A stretch of DNA of 64,000 bases, taken from NCBI GenBank assembly GCA_964019335.1, contig OZ025696.1, forward strand, positions 248,001 to 312,000, read 5' to 3'. Shown piece after piece: positions 55,401 to 64,000 of this stretch. The DNA is from Diplonema japonicum. Taxonomy: Eukaryota > Protista > Euglenozoa: Diplonemea. The position numbers were made by a program, and so were the translations under genes. The notes below the pieces were generated by a model. That model worked only from the letters and a program-made list of their open reading frames with translations. It made no database searches and had not been told where the DNA came from. Positions within the stretch are counted from its first letter, which is position 1. Each line of letters starts with the position of its first letter.

Positions 55401-56794
55401 ACCGCCGAGTTGCATTTAAAGTCAGCAGGTACCACGGACATCGTGTCGCACATTGCTATGGTCACAGGTTCACTTATGCCCTTCAGGCTAACGGTGGTCG
55501 TTTTAAAACTGTATGCACTCTTAACCACGCGCAACGTGGCCTCGTCCACCACAAGGGATGACTCCTGTGATGTGGCCCCATGTGTCATCAGCCTGGCGGC
55601 AAGGTTGACGGAGTTGCCGAGCAACGTGTACTCCGCCCTGGTGTCGTTCCCCAGCACACCGCAGAACACCCTCCCGCTGGTGATCCCGATGCTTATCTTA
55701 AACGCGGGCTGGTTTCGTATTAGTTCTAAAGCAAGTGCTGTGCTCCTCATTGCATCATCCGCATGCACATGACCAGTGACGCCAAAACAAATAAGCGCGA
55801 GGAGACCTTTGTCATCGAAGAGCACTTTGTTCAAGCTACCACCGTACTGGGAGGTGAATGTTTGCACTGCCTCGCAGATAGTAAAGAGATCGCTGGCGCT
55901 ACCGGAGGTGGGGGTCGGCAGGTTGCAGAACTTCACGAACATAGTGTTGATCATGCGGGTCTCGGGTCTGAGCCTTTTAATCCCTTTAGGAACGAAGCCA
56001 CGGTAAAAAACAAGCTGTTTTTTTGACAACACAATAGAACACTTCTCAGACAAGTTGGGAGAATCCCCAGCAGGACTAAACGGCGGGCTAAGAAGAAGCG
56101 AGCCATCCCCTGTCTTTGTACCGCCGTACGTGTTGGTCAGGTGGCTTTGACAAGAGGAATGAACCAATACATGGCCTGCCGGACATGATTCGCAGGCGTT
56201 GCAAGAGTGATTCCAGACTTCGCCACTGTGGAGGACCATCCACTTGTTCTTGTGTCCACCAGTGATCACATGCAGTATGGTGCCGTAGGAGATGCCTAGT
56301 TTAATGCTAAGCTCGATGGTGTGGTTCATGAACTGCATTTCTGAGTTTTCGACGGCTTTTAAAATGGCTGTGGCGCAGTTGACGCAGAGCTGCGAGTTAT
56401 TGTCGTTGGTGGGCTGTGTGAAGATAGCCATGATGGCGTCGCCAGAGAACTGAATGGTGTCACCGCCGTACTGCTCTATGAGTGCTATCATCTTGCCGAA
56501 GAACATGTTCAAGATGTTTGAGATTTTCTCCCCTCCCTCTGCAGAGCTTGACGATCCCAGGAGCCCTGTCAGCCTTGTGAAACCTACGATGTCCAAGGAC
56601 AGGACCGCCCCTTCCCTCTCGAAGGTGTGTGATGCCAGCGACGTCAAGCCCGCCAGGTACGGAAAGACCCATTTCGGGATAAAGTTGCTGTACTCTGAGA
56701 GAGTTGGAGAGTCCGCCTCCTTCTGTGTCGAGTCGATGACGCAGTCCGAGTTATTTGACCCTGCGATTAGATCAGCAATTGCCTTGCCGCTCAT
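52475..56794 (-). CDS. Soluble-type (ADCY10-like) adenylate cyclase: two class III cyclase domains + STAND NTPase + helical C-terminus
   Basis: LDIVGFT, FSGDA, DDKG, EYTLLGNSVNLAARLM; Walker A GNPGVGKT; Walker B IMIDGIQWMD. Confidence 0.93.
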   Translation of the reverse strand: MSGKAIADLIAGSNNSDCVIDSTQKEADSPTLSEYSNFIPKWVFPYLAGLTSLASHTFEREGAVLSLDIVGFTRLTGLLGSSSSAEGGEKISNILNMFFGKMIALIEQYGGDTIQFSGDAIMAIFTQPTNDNNSQLCVNCATAILKAVENSEMQFMNHTIELSIKLGISYGTILHVITGGHKNKWMVLHSGEVWNHSCNACESCPAGHVLVHSSCQSHLTNTYGGTKTGDGSLLLSPPFSPAGDSPNLSEKCSIVLSKKQLVFYRGFVPKGIKRLRPETRMINTMFVKFCNLPTPTSGSASDLFTICEAVQTFTSQYGGSLNKVLFDDKGLLALICFGVTGHVHADDAMRSTALALELIRNQPAFKISIGITSGRVFCGVLGNDTRAEYTLLGNSVNLAARLMTHGATSQESSLVVDEATLRVVKSAYSFKTTTVSLKGISEPVTIAMCDTMSVVPADFKCNSAVNLQTCSSDASNGLLTVEQDPLIRGCAPSSKNLRTVAATNELWFKSNRKRSTIGGETVKLVRTGSQQLDSLVGRTTEITKLDELLCSMYKSSTFKVLAIKGNPGVGKTTFLLYCVHNFKHPCLLISFSQETRVLGGIETLLTCLAFKHTTNSPRKDDYATRQGEVCSSGWLNTLGADLQYLVNNLQSGVGLKPKTTEDVVRLLEAALTSHCKTLSTRGIAIMIDGIQWMDWTSLNLIQESVRRVTHKVVMVCSFTTGFGDAQTTVCSDLSGSTGRGGCKTQKWLDTQECEIVELGPMTKADAILHYRHYIQTPKVDTDLSDLIFTNSEGSPLLAEIIINHLIEQDLLGNSVGVTVLVDKDYNIGSYLAQLPQIIAIVTRQLDHIMLKLGESVSRFLKVLSLMEHLIDSRLVTRLFESEMTPEKSQKMCAQLIGSKVLKVTERQKLCFSSMLLPKVLQNNMLVSERREAHLHIATVMEQQQVSFHLEDAIIACHFHQADRRLKAKEWYERALDEAWSEQNFFEAHKLLNTLIDLQDSSIPQESTSKKQDFDNTSDSEAKYEITSSSHQDEWQHMLLDLNVVLGMKKSGLSLIQSWCKTSANELEQLGANERSLPWLTWVLSNKYTRVQSMPLKEFLPVIDLAVLLNNRDLYIGAVGAMEASKRRIECNSLALISIYNAALAFKLILLGKHNHAAIAWTKVDVYNKVSISTLLAMLAVKGHMYTKKFTPKILSTDARGTYRADSMMLLLRVVFAFLDGKSGCSASYADAAMHISRKTRDKSFFMTAMLLGRVVKLTFDSEADPNAPQVVTGSDNLLCLIKQPEWSESTDSIITFMSHAVTSCDPALDHPLREAIDHIPHHVMNPLIVPVLILLIDTIWLRGLTDEQKRISGLTYLDELSPFINKLRSVFDEWGDGLHLVLQYARCSLGGSCVPNTTEMKNIENNVRTKLPIMYVRMRVITTRENFTELVLNHVEDLS

Positions 56795-57307
56795 TCTTTC
56801 TTTTTTTTTTGTCCTGTTCTTTTGTATCAAGCGATGGGGGAAAAAAAAAAAAGAAAAAAAAAAAAAGTTCTCTCAAAGATTAGAAAACTCTTTTTTTTTT
56901 TTTTTCCTCGTCAATAGGAATTTTTTTTTCTTTCTTTTTCTGAAAACGACAATTGACGAAAAAATAGAAGAAGAAAAAAAAAAAAAAAAAGAGAGAAAAT
57001 CGAAACAAATCGTAGTAGTAGAGGGGGAAAGGGGAGGGAGGGGGGAATTTCTTTTCTCCTCCTTAACAACCATCAAGGGAAAAGAAAGAAGAAGGGGAGG
57101 GAATCAAAAAAAAGGGGGGGGGAAAGGGAAATGAGAATCTACCAGAAGAAAAAAGAAAAATATATATCAAAAATTTAAAAAAGAAAAAAAAAATAACAAC
57201 ACATGAAAGAACTGGCTATCATTTTTTGTTCCATATGTACAACCAAGATTCTATTCTCAGGGGCCATTCTCTAACCACCTTTAGAATCGTATTTCGTTTG
57301 TCTCTTT

Positions 57308-57658
57308 TCAAGGAGTCATGTCTAAATCCTCATTTAACTCATCAGAAAAACACAGTGAAGCAGAAAGGCTAACACTTTCGCGCTGCTGCGCTATATCTTT
57401 CAGTATATTTTCAAGCGGGTTGAGCTTTGCTGTTTGCAACCAAGATAATGCTGCGTTCATCTTACTTATCCGATCATGTAGAAGCCGGTTCTCCTCGACC
57501 AGCTCAGCCTTCGTTCGGGCATCTGAGACCTCCGATCGAAGCTTTCTAAGTTCCTCTTCCAAGGCCTGTTTCTCATCCACAATGCAGTCATTTCCTTTCC
57601 TTATGGTGCCCAGCGGAACTCTCTCCTTGCCCCTCATGGGGTCATTCAGGACCTCCAT
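57308..57658 (-). CDS. Small coiled-coil protein
   Basis: ATG after an A-rich leader; heptad-rich; 116 aa. Confidence 0.65.
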   Translation of the reverse strand: MEVLNDPMRGKERVPLGTIRKGNDCIVDEKQALEEELRKLRSEVSDARTKAELVEENRLLHDRISKMNAALSWLQTAKLNPLENILKDIAQQRESVSLSASLCFSDELNEDLDMTP

Positions 57659-57835
57659 TTTACTTTTTTTTTCTTTTTTATTATTCAACCTATTTCCCCC
57701 CATTTTGTCCCCCCCCCCCCCCATCAAAGCCTCTTGTTGAAGCCAAAAAAAATCCTTCCTCGACTCCTTCAACACAAGGGAGCTTCTAAATTTTTTTTTC
57801 TTTCCGAAGCTACTCTAAAAAAAAAAAATATATAT

Positions 57836-58605
57836 ATATGAGTTAAAGGAAGTCTTTGTGAGACGCCCCCTTGTTCTCATCTTCTACCTGCACCTATCCC
57901 CTTTCAGCAGCGGTTTCTCCTCCTTTGGTGGTCTTGCCGGCCTTCTCCCCAGCCTGGCCGCTCTTTCTCTTCGTTCTCTTGCCCATTGTCCTTTCAATGC
58001 CTCTAGGTCATGCTTGGTCTTCGGTGATGCAAATATCGCCCTCCTGTTCCATCCGATCACCGCCTTTGTCCTCCCGATGGATCGTAGTGTGTGCACCCTT
58101 GTGCACGGCTCAGCTGGGAAGGCCCTCCTTCCTTTCACCTTCTTCAGTACCCTCCCTAGCTCCCATGTGTGCCAGATCTTCTTCATCAGTCCATGCAATC
58201 TCCTCGCTTTCTGCTGTACTTCTGCGAGATCCCCCAGCTTCCCTCCAAGGGTCTTCCCGGTCACGTTCTCGAAATCCAGTGCCAGCTCCACCGTCGACAC
58301 TGACGTGTTCCTGCTGCCTGCATACCAGCGCAGTTGCCGCATCCACCTCAGCACCTCCTTCGTGTACTCCCGTAGGACATCCCCTGCCGGTAGCTTGCCG
58401 AAGTCCTTGTCCGACGGTACTGGGTGTTCTTGACCTTGTGTGATCTCCAGCCACTGGTGTGTGTGGTACACCTCCTGCCTCTTCGCTTGTAGGGCTGCGT
58501 CCCGCTCCCCCACCACCGCCAGCAGGTACCTCTGCGTTCCTTCGAGCCTTTCCCTGACATCCTTCCCTGCTCCCCTTGGCAGGATGCCATGCAGCTTCGT
58601 ACACG
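57836..58605 (-). mobile_element. 5'-truncated LINE family 2
   Basis: ORF remnant VLRWMRQLRWYAG..VSTVELALDF is homologous to the C-terminus of family 1. 3' hairpin, (TA)n, then T-tract. Confidence 0.88.
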
Positions 58606-58616
58606 GTAAAAAAGAA

Positions 58617-59228
58617 AAAGATGTCTTTGAGGGAACCTGCAGTATGTGACAGGATCGCCTAACACAATCAACTCATCTAGTGTTTGATCCCTTCTTGTCG
58701 TGGTAGTGCCTTAGGCCCGTCGTGGTAGTGCCTTGTAGTATCTCATCAGCAGCTTGGGCGTGAAACCAATTAGCGAGTTGTTGAGGATGCAATGAGTTCG
58801 TAACTGTTCCTCTAGGATAGGGTGGGTGACCTTCGGGGATGCGAAGACCGGTCGAGTGGAGTACCCAGTGATGGGATGGCTGTGGAGCCCTAGGGTACGC
58901 AAAGAGTGTACTGATTTCTCAGGTTCTGCTGGAATCAGGTGACTCCCCGTGCCTTTTTGTGGTGAATCCTGTCCAAAACTCTTAGGATTCCGCCGATTTT
59001 TCTTGCCCAGCTCGCTAGGTCTTCACCATCCATGTGGATCCTTTCTGTTGCAATTAGGTCGACTGCAAGTTCCGCCTTGGACACCTGCCCACCGTCCTTG
59101 CCCCACTTGAGGGCTTTCAGCCATTTGAGGATAACGGGATTAGGCCTGGGAAGTACTTCTTCGCCAGCCCGTTCTTGTGGTACCAAGTGAGAGGTTTCGG
59201 GGTTAAGAGGTTCCCTGGCTGGAAAGGT
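58617..59228 (-). mobile_element. 5'-truncated LINE family 3
   Basis: ILKWLKALKW...VSKAELAVDL and H..RTLG....GYSTRPVF are homologous to families 1 and 2. T-rich 3' end. Confidence 0.8.
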
Positions 59229-59346
59229 CTAAAAAAAAAAAAAAAAAAAAAAAAGATTGTACCCCATGGAAATGGGGGGGGGGGGGGGGAATATTGTGCG
59301 TCCTGTGAAAGATAAAATATAAAAAAAAAAAAAAAAAAAAAAAAAA

Positions 59347-61182
59347 TTAGAAGTTCCCGTTAATGAAGCAGTTTGTACCCCGACGGAGGTTGGCAACGAC
59401 CTCACGGAGAATGGCATCCTCCGAACTGTGCTCTTCGATAACGGAGTGGTCGGACATGTGATATTTCTCTCGATACTCATTGCTCCAACCCCAGGTGCAT
59501 GGGTGCAACGCATCAAGCTGGTAAAGGTACATGGCAGCACCGGAAATAGTCCAGGTGTCAACCGGGCGGATGATATTTTGTAGACGAGGGGCAACGATGG
59601 GAGACCTGTCCTCTCCGGGAACTGTGGACACGAGGCAGCGAGCCGTCAGAGATCGCGATGCCACTGCAAGACGGTGAGAGATATCAATGCACTTTCCTAT
59701 TGCAGTGACGTAAGCACCCATGATGCGGCCAACTACCCCGTACTCTATAACCCCGTTGCAAAGACCTGTTTCGAGACGATACCCGTTGCCTCGAAGAAGT
59801 GCTGCGAACTGAAAAGAGTTCTCGACGTATTCAGGGCACCTCCCTGTCGCGTTCCATTGCAAGTACACAGCATTCGAGATAACCGTAATGACCCCGCCAT
59901 AGCAGCGTTCCGCGGCCACATGAACAACATCTACCGCAGACGACATTGAAGCAGCGATGTGTGTTGATCCTGATTCGCTTAGATAACTTTCTTCATCTGC
60001 AAATGTGACCAAGACACACCCTGCCATAATGTTCCTTGTCCCTAATTGGTAATTTCGCATGGACAGTCTTCTTGGAAGTGAGGATGATTCCCCATCGTTC
60101 TCCGTATCGCTGTCGAACACAGAGTGTTGTTCGCTTGACGGTGAGTTCAAAGGAGACACCACAGTGCTGCTGGTTCCTTTTTGCAAAGGCTCGATCAGCC
60201 TTCTTATACATGTCAGACGATGCATCTCGTTATCTGGTACGACTAACGACACGTTAATTAGTTTTGAACCCACCAGCTGGCTTCCTATTGGTATCACCTC
60301 CGTCTCTGCGACAAGAGATGCTTCGATTGTTCCCAGGATTTCATGCGATATAGCGGCGCAGCCAGCAACGCAGAGCCTGACAATTGCCTTCAAACAGCAC
60401 CCTGATTCTGGTGTCACGCACGGCATCCCTGTGAGGTAATCACGGCTCTCCGATAACGTTCCCGAAATAATTCCGATTTTCGTTCGGATTCCGTGTGCCG
60501 CGATGGACTTGAGGTTCGGGGACCAAGCGAGATGCGACAGGTTATTCTGCAGCATTAGAGCAAACTGCAGCCCGTCCATTGCCGTCGCAAAGACAATTAT
60601 ACTGTTCTCGCCGATGAGTCTTATAAACTTGCCGTTAAATATCTCGGTGCAGTTCGCCACGCACGACGTCAGCAAAGCTGTGTTGGCAGCCATCTCCTCA
60701 GGTATTCTGTTCCATAAGGAATTCGTGTTCACAACAGTCACATCCAGTATGGTGTACTGTGACGGGTTATCGTGAAAACACGAGTGCCCGTGTCTCGCTT
60801 CCGGGATTGGGTTGTTTGCGTGGGGCATTACAAAGCTCGGGATGAACGGTTTGAAGATTTCCAGGCTTACCAGGCAAGAATGGAGGGTTTTAACTTCGTC
60901 TTCGTCCCTTCCTCCCAAGAGGGTTCTGGCGTACGGGAGGTCGAAGGACGATAGTGCGGAAAGGACCTCGGAGAAGCCTTGCGCATGTTGGGGGTGTCCG
61001 TTCAGTGATTTTCTACCTGTCATGACGCCTCCAGCAATGAAAGCTTGCCCGCCGACACCCAACGCCATCATTGCGATGCCCAGCCCCCCCCCGAAATACA
61101 CCCCTAACACGCACAAAACGGTGCCCCACATCACCATGAAAGCTACGGCATAAGAAATCTGCTTATCGGTCAGAGTGGGCAT
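59347..61182 (-). CDS. Membrane-anchored protein with two degenerate class III cyclase-like domains
   Basis: Two N-terminal TMs; TNSLWNRIPEEM, RLIGE..I.F, IRTKIGI. Catalytic Asp positions appear substituted. Confidence 0.8.
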   Translation of the reverse strand: MPTLTDKQISYAVAFMVMWGTVLCVLGVYFGGGLGIAMMALGVGGQAFIAGGVMTGRKSLNGHPQHAQGFSEVLSALSSFDLPYARTLLGGRDEDEVKTLHSCLVSLEIFKPFIPSFVMPHANNPIPEARHGHSCFHDNPSQYTILDVTVVNTNSLWNRIPEEMAANTALLTSCVANCTEIFNGKFIRLIGENSIIVFATAMDGLQFALMLQNNLSHLAWSPNLKSIAAHGIRTKIGIISGTLSESRDYLTGMPCVTPESGCCLKAIVRLCVAGCAAISHEILGTIEASLVAETEVIPIGSQLVGSKLINVSLVVPDNEMHRLTCIRRLIEPLQKGTSSTVVSPLNSPSSEQHSVFDSDTENDGESSSLPRRLSMRNYQLGTRNIMAGCVLVTFADEESYLSESGSTHIAASMSSAVDVVHVAAERCYGGVITVISNAVYLQWNATGRCPEYVENSFQFAALLRGNGYRLETGLCNGVIEYGVVGRIMGAYVTAIGKCIDISHRLAVASRSLTARCLVSTVPGEDRSPIVAPRLQNIIRPVDTWTISGAAMYLYQLDALHPCTWGWSNEYREKYHMSDHSVIEEHSSEDAILREVVANLRRGTNCFINGNF

Positions 61183-61481
61183 TTCGAGCTCACCCCCCCC
61201 CCCCCCCCCCCCTCCTTATTATTATTTCTTTTTTTTTTTTGGAGAGTAAAGTGTTTTAAAAGTCTTTTAAAAAAAGAAGGAAAAAAAAAGGGGGAGCTCC
61301 AAAATCCGGAGTTCTTTTTTTTTATTAAATTTCTTTTATATCAAAAAAAAACAGAGGAGAAGGAGGAAGGGGGGGGGGGGTGTGTAGAAATAGAAAAAAT
61401 AAAAAAAAAATTAAAATCGTCGTATATGGTATGTAGTATTCACATGATATAAGAGCAGCGGGGGGAGGGGGTGAAGGAAAA

Positions 61482-62216
61482 TCATGTGAAGCACGGGGCA
61501 AGGTCAGCCCACACCTTGTCCACAGGCTGTGAAGAGTCAATCGTTGTCAGCTTGCCCAGAGCATTGTAGTATTCAAGAACAGGGCGGGCTTTCGAGTTGT
61601 ACAATGCAAGCCGGGTCTGAATGGCATTTGGGGTATCGTCTGAACGGTGGGAGTACTTCCCTCTCTCGATGAGCCGTTCTTTCAAGACGGCGTCGGGAGC
61701 TTCAAGGTTAATGACTTTCGCACACTCGTGAGCCATTCTTTCGAAATTTATAGCTTGTGCCAAATCTTTCGGAAAGCCCTCGATAACTATCGTCTTGTCG
61801 CAGGACTGCCGTGAAGCAATTTCCTTCTGTAAAAGCGATATAACGACACTGGAGGGTACGAGCTTTCCCGTGTCAATACATTCTGAGACCTCCTTCCCCA
61901 CATCGGTCCCGAGCCGGACTTCTTGCCTCATTAAGTCGCCTGCAGAAATGTGCACACAACCATATTCTTCTACTACGTTCGAACATTGTGTTCCTTTTCC
62001 ACTTCCCGGGCCGCCCAGTATGAATATTATATGGGGCCGCTTTGCTTCTGCTGTGACACCTCCTTTGACAGCTTGGAGACGGTTAATGAGGAAATCGACA
62101 GGGTGGTTGGGCTTGACTTGAACCAGCTCTGCCGTGAGGACTTCTATGAGATCGTGCACTTTGTGGTCCACTAAGAATTCTTGAGCGGAGTTCAGTTTTC
62201 TTATTTTTTCATCCAT
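61482..62216 (-). CDS. Adenylate/UMP-CMP kinase with N-terminal RIIa/Dpy-30-like docking domain
   Basis: GGPGSGKGTQC, HISAGDL, EGFP, RSDD; N-terminal L...KP..PVDFL. Confidence 0.92.
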   Translation of the reverse strand: MDEKIRKLNSAQEFLVDHKVHDLIEVLTAELVQVKPNHPVDFLINRLQAVKGGVTAEAKRPHIIFILGGPGSGKGTQCSNVVEEYGCVHISAGDLMRQEVRLGTDVGKEVSECIDTGKLVPSSVVISLLQKEIASRQSCDKTIVIEGFPKDLAQAINFERMAHECAKVINLEAPDAVLKERLIERGKYSHRSDDTPNAIQTRLALYNSKARPVLEYYNALGKLTTIDSSQPVDKVWADLAPCFT

Positions 62217-62305
62217 TTTTTTGTGTTTTTTTTTTTTTTTTTCCCCTTTAAAAAAAAAAAAAAAGGTTTTGCGGGATGAATTAGTAAAATACTAAATATA
62301 AGGGG

Positions 62306-62536
62306 CTACACACTGTCCCCTTCCATCACCAACCCGTTCAATGGGCTTGCGCCCTTTACCTTGACGCGGTGCTTGGTGAAGAGGACTTCTCCGTTTCGGT
62401 TTACGTCTATCCGGCGTTCTTTGCTTTCGAATGCGCTGCCGTGCCGGCCTTTCTTCTTGAGGTGTAAGTGGAGGTCCAGTCCCCCAAGCCGCCCGCCCTT
62501 GAGATCTAGCATTGGGACGAGACTTGGTGTAAACAT
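62306..62536 (-). CDS. Small hypothetical protein (76 aa)
   Basis: GC-rich island; ATG after AAAA; open to TAG. Confidence 0.45.
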   Translation of the reverse strand: MFTPSLVPMLDLKGGRLGGLDLHLHLKKKGRHGSAFESKERRIDVNRNGEVLFTKHRVKVKGASPLNGLVMEGDSV

Positions 62537-62726
62537 TTTTCTCTTCTCCCTATCATATATTAAGGTAAACAAAGACAAAACCGCAATTTTTCTGATTGGG
62601 GATAAAAAAAAAAAAAAAGAAATCGGAGGCTAACAGCCCGTGTCACAACTACTTTTTTTCTTTTTTTTTTTTTTTTACAACGTTAGTAAAAGGGGGAGCG
62701 AAAGCCTGGGGCAATTAGTTATGTTC

Positions 62727-63311
62727 TCACCAACACCCTTCTTGATTGATTTTGATGACCTTGTCCATCTGGGCACCTTTAGAAGAGAGGTAGCCCGACC
62801 ACCTGGCGTAAAGTTCAGCAGGAAACTGAGGAGTGGAAGAGAAAAAATAAATGAAATCATCTTTCTCTTCCGGAAGCGTCTGCACACACGCGTACACCAG
62901 CGTGAAGTTGTAGTTCTGGTCCTGGTCAAGGACCCAGTAAGCTGTTGCATCGTTGCCAATTACAGCTTCAGTCATCTTGCCCGCCTCCGAGGCGTTGCGG
63001 TTGGGGAACAGAGTGGAGTTGAACATAGTGATGTGGGGGTTCTTCGGGGACTCCTTCCTGCAGTTGAAGACGTCACTGTATGTACCGTCGTTGTTGGGCG
63101 TCTGGTGGTACCTCACACAGTTGCAGCCGGTGGTTGCAACAGGGATGTCATGCGAGTGCATCTCGTACCAGTTTGGGACCGCCTCGAACGCCTTCATGTC
63201 AAACATACTCATTGTCGTGTGGTTCGCGATGTCCCAGTACCCAGGACACTTCGCACCCGACGCAACACCCGCCAAGGCCAGTACCGTGAGAAGGCTTTTG
63301 TGTATCGACAT
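62727..63311 (-). CDS. Secreted lipocalin (ApoD-like)
   Basis: Signal peptide; FD......WYE; YWVLD....Y....VY.C; YFFS.TP. Confidence 0.85.
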   Translation of the reverse strand: MSIHKSLLTVLALAGVASGAKCPGYWDIANHTTMSMFDMKAFEAVPNWYEMHSHDIPVATTGCNCVRYHQTPNNDGTYSDVFNCRKESPKNPHITMFNSTLFPNRNASEAGKMTEAVIGNDATAYWVLDQDQNYNFTLVYACVQTLPEEKDDFIYFFSSTPQFPAELYARWSGYLSSKGAQMDKVIKINQEGCW

Positions 63312-63381
63312 GTTTCTTCTTTTTTTTTCTTTCTCTTGAAGGACCTTGTACCGAAAACCTGGGGGGGGGGGGGGAATAAAT

Positions 63382-64000
63382 TCACGGTACGGTGAACCTC
63401 AAATCGATGCTCCTTCTGCTGTTTTCAAACCCCTCGTCCCCCAGTCCCGGCGACCCTGAGCAGTGGTAGGTTCTATGCGAATCGAATACTATGAAGCAGC
63501 TGTCGTCCATGCCCGGAAGGTAGCACCACACATGCTCCGCTGAATGAAGCAGCGCAGTCTTGTCCGCGGCAGGGTGGAGTCCTGGGAATGTGTCGGGGGT
63601 GATGTCAGTGGTGGTGACTGGCGGAAGAAACACAAGGGAGTTAACCGGTCCAGGGGGGCACGTCTTCGGCAGCCATATATTTAAAAACGTAGGATTCTCG
63701 AACTTCGATGCTTCAGTAAGATTGTGCACTGCTGCCTCGTCTAGGTCTCGGTGGGCCATTGTCCCGTATGCCGCGCTTCCTTGCGAAGGGTGTCTTGTTA
63801 TCAGCGATCGGTACTCCGACGGGCCGAGGTTCAGGGCTTCCTTCACGACGCTCCAGAGCTCGTGTGGATCGCCGCCCCTATCCCACCACGCCTTGATCCG
63901 TGTGTCGTTCCGCACAGCGGCAAAACCTTTTCTTTTTGCTTCTCTCACCGCCTCACCAGCGGTCACCACTGTGTCTACCTCCACCTCCCGCGTCTTCACG
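63382..64000 (-). CDS. CmcJ/NvfI/AsaB-like oxygenase (5' end outside the window)
   Basis: HRD, LNIWLP, H.W.Y.P.M, FDS, HCS, RRSIDLR. Confidence 0.7.
   Translation of the reverse strand, partial: VKTREVEVDTVVTAGEAVREAKRKGFAAVRNDTRIKAWWDRGGDPHELWSVVKEALNLGPSEYRSLITRHPSQGSAAYGTMAHRDLDEAAVHNLTEASKFENPTFLNIWLPKTCPPGPVNSLVFLPPVTTTDITPDTFPGLHPAADKTALLHSAEHVWCYLPGMDDSCFIVFDSHRTYHCSGSPGLGDEGFENSRRSIDLRFTVP

Overview
Eukaryotic protist DNA, most consistent with a euglenozoan of diplonemid type. This is an inference from gene organisation and protein families, not a database result. All ~22 credible cellular genes lie on the minus strand as one unidirectional cluster, separated by A/T/G/C-homopolymer-rich spacers. 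Genes: three LamG + Pro/Thr-stalk multi-TM receptor paralogs; a type I membrane protein with a Zn-finger-like tail; a GH31 glycosidase with a PAN domain; a membrane-anchored M16A peptidase; two PLAC8 proteins; a CCDC77-like protein; a Ubl-LRR protein; a PDI-like protein; a PTB-like RRM protein; a soluble-type adenylate cyclase; a double pseudo-cyclase; an adenylate kinase; a lipocalin; and a partial CmcJ/AsaB-like oxygenase. I reconstructed six 45-70 nt GT-AG introns, all in the 3' part of their genes. The spacers hold many mobile-element remnants. The most striking are at least three non-LTR retrotransposon families whose ~15 copies are all co-oriented with the genes and end in a 3' hairpin plus a T(U)-tract instead of poly(A). 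Also present: a DIRS/Ngaro-like element with split direct repeats, piggyBac and GAG-terminal TIR elements, tandem palindrome-ended Crypton-like cassettes, and several repeated structured non-coding islands of unknown identity.
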